Positions 62,030-64,000 of a stretch of DNA of 64,000 bases are shown piece by piece. The stretch is from contig OX597818.1 of NCBI GenBank assembly GCA_951406725.2, positions 27,838,001 to 27,902,000 of the forward strand, given 5' to 3'. A program made the position numbers and the translations under genes. The notes beneath the pieces were generated by a model. It made no database searches, was not told the DNA's origin, and worked only from the letters and a program-made list of their open reading frames with translations. This stretch comes from Octopus vulgaris. Its lineage: Eukaryota. The first letter of the stretch is position 1; each line of letters begins with the position of its first letter.

Positions 62030-64000
62030 TGTAATGCAAAAAACATGTATAAGAAATAAAAGAAGGAAACTGCACACAGTTTACATAGTTTTGATATATT
62101 TTATATTGCGTTTGTCAACCAGTTTTGCTTTTGCTAATCATGACATTGAAATTATTGTAATTTCATATTTTTTTAATAAGATTTTAGTTCATGTTGTTTG
62201 TGGAGAAATTTATGAATCAATGATTCAACAAGTAGAAAAATCTAAGGGGGGGTAGGGGGTAGGTAATTGGTGATCGTTATTATTGGGGACAGGGGAGATA
62301 ATTTGGTCGTTTTTTGGCGAGGGAAAATATACACAAAAATTCAAAAGCTAAAGTAGTGAGGAGAAATATGTACAGTGATGGGTATGTAATCATGAATTGA
62401 AATATATACTGAAATTAAAGTTGATTATGCATGCATATTTAGACATGTTCTATATATTTTGATGGACAAATTTTCTTTATTTAAACGTTCTTGTATAGAA
62501 ATTGTTTCTTTGCACTGACAGAAGGAGGAAACTGTGAAGTTTGGTTGGATATTACCTGCACATCTCTCTATGTGTTCACTCAAAGGCATTTGTCTGTATT
62601 GCAGGAACTGGATCTGCTTTTTATGTAGTGATTCTCTGTCTCAGTGTCATACTAGTCTGTCCTATATAGGTATGTCTATAAACTGAGCAAGTAATAACAT
62701 AAATTATATTCTAGGAGGCACAAGGGAAGTTGGTTTAATTGTGAACCTCTCTCCTTGTTTGAAAAGGAATTCTGAGCCTTCAAGTAGGTTGCAGCATGTT
62801 CCCCAGTTTGGGTGTCCACATTTTTCAACCATTAGTTGTGTAAAGTTTCGCATTTGTTAGAAGTCTCTTTAGCAATTTGTGTTGTTTTTTACATTTGATG
62901 AATTTATGTGTTTTCAGAATGTTGTTCATTTTTGGATCTCTGGTTAGCATAGGAAGATTTTGTACATTGTTTCTAGGGTTGTGACTTGATATATTCAGTA
63001 GCATTTTGAGATGATGTGTAGTATTATGTTTTGCTGTCTTTAGTGTTTTTATGTCTAATTTCTTAGCATGCTTAGTTCTATCATCTATAACTGAGGGTGG
63101 ATATTGTCCTTCAGTTAGTGTTGTTCTGAGGTCTTGAAGATGAAAGTCCTGAGTAGTTCAATCAAACACTATTGTGAAAATCATCATCATCATCATCATT
63201 ATCATCAGCATCGTTTAACGTCCGCTTTCCATGCTGGCATGGGTTGGATGATTTAACTGAGGACTGGCAAACCAGATGGCTGCACCAAGCTCAAATCTGA
63301 TCTGGCAGGGTTTCTACAGCTGGATGCTCTAACTAACGCCAACCACTCCAAGTGTTGTGGGTATTTTCACATGCCACTGGCACGAGGGCCAGTCAGGCAG
63401 TACTGGCAACAGCCACGCTCAAATGGTGTTTTTTACATGCTACCTGCACAGAAGCCAGTCCATCCTTTTTGCTAAATTAAATAGGATACTTACTTTGATG
63501 TGTTGGTGGCATGAGCTAAACAGGAGATATTTCTTCGAGTCTGTTGGTTTATGATAGATCTCAGTTATAATTTGGTTGTTGACTTTTTTTTATCAAAATA
63601 TCCAAAAAGGGGGCGGGGCTGTTCTTTGCTATATTCCATTGTGAATTGAATGCTAGGACTTATATTATTTAGTATTGATTTGGATTTCAAAAGTTTATCA
63701 GTGGTCTCCTTCCAAATGATAAAACAGTCTTCAAGGTATCTTCCAGTTCTCTCTTATATAATAGTGAAATGGATATCCATATTTATGCAGTGACACCTCA
63801 TATATGATGAATTCAAAATAACCCATTATTAGGTTCACAAGAACAAGGGCTGCTTTCGTTCCCATCACATTTCCACATTTTTGAAGATAGTAGGTGTCAT
63901 CAAATAAGAAATAAATGTTCTGTAGTATAAATTTTAAAAATTCAATAATAAAGACCTGATTTATGCTTTCCGGAAGTATTTCGAGGTACTTTTCAAATCA
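62030..64000 (-). mobile_element. Degenerate Penelope-like element (RT and GIY-YIG), interrupted by an RTE 3' end at about 63182-63460; continues beyond the window
   Basis: Minus strand FDDTYYLQKCGNVMGTKAA, WKRYLEDCFIIW and YIGQT remnants. Confidence 0.8.

Overview
AT-rich, microsatellite- and transposon-dense animal genomic DNA. The SINE and RTE families look like those of Octopus/cephalopods, which is an inference from recognised repeat sequences. Almost all long ORFs in the supplied track are transposon remnants (RTE, CR1-like, Penelope, R4/Dong, Gypsy, mariner) or translations of simple repeats. The ORF track misses the 3' half of a + strand host gene: an array of at least 20 tiny exon copies of two alternating types between 1378 and 34601 (17 with intact AG/GT sites, 3 degenerate). 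All intact copies are phase 1-1, 30/42/54/60 nt long and free of stop codons. Type A encodes an acidic stretch plus YLPM/YLCM/YLSV. Type B encodes an acidic stretch plus YVNV/YVSV. An A+B pair spells an ITAM-like Yxx(M/V)-x8-YxxV. A candidate terminal exon (G-Y-Q-stop at 43455), a 3'UTR and an AATAAA at 44264 close the gene. This looks like a receptor or adaptor tail whose phosphotyrosine docking sites are modular micro-exons undergoing birth-and-death evolution and possibly combinatorial splicing. The gene's 5' part lies upstream of the window, so its identity is unknown. Transposon boundaries are approximate.
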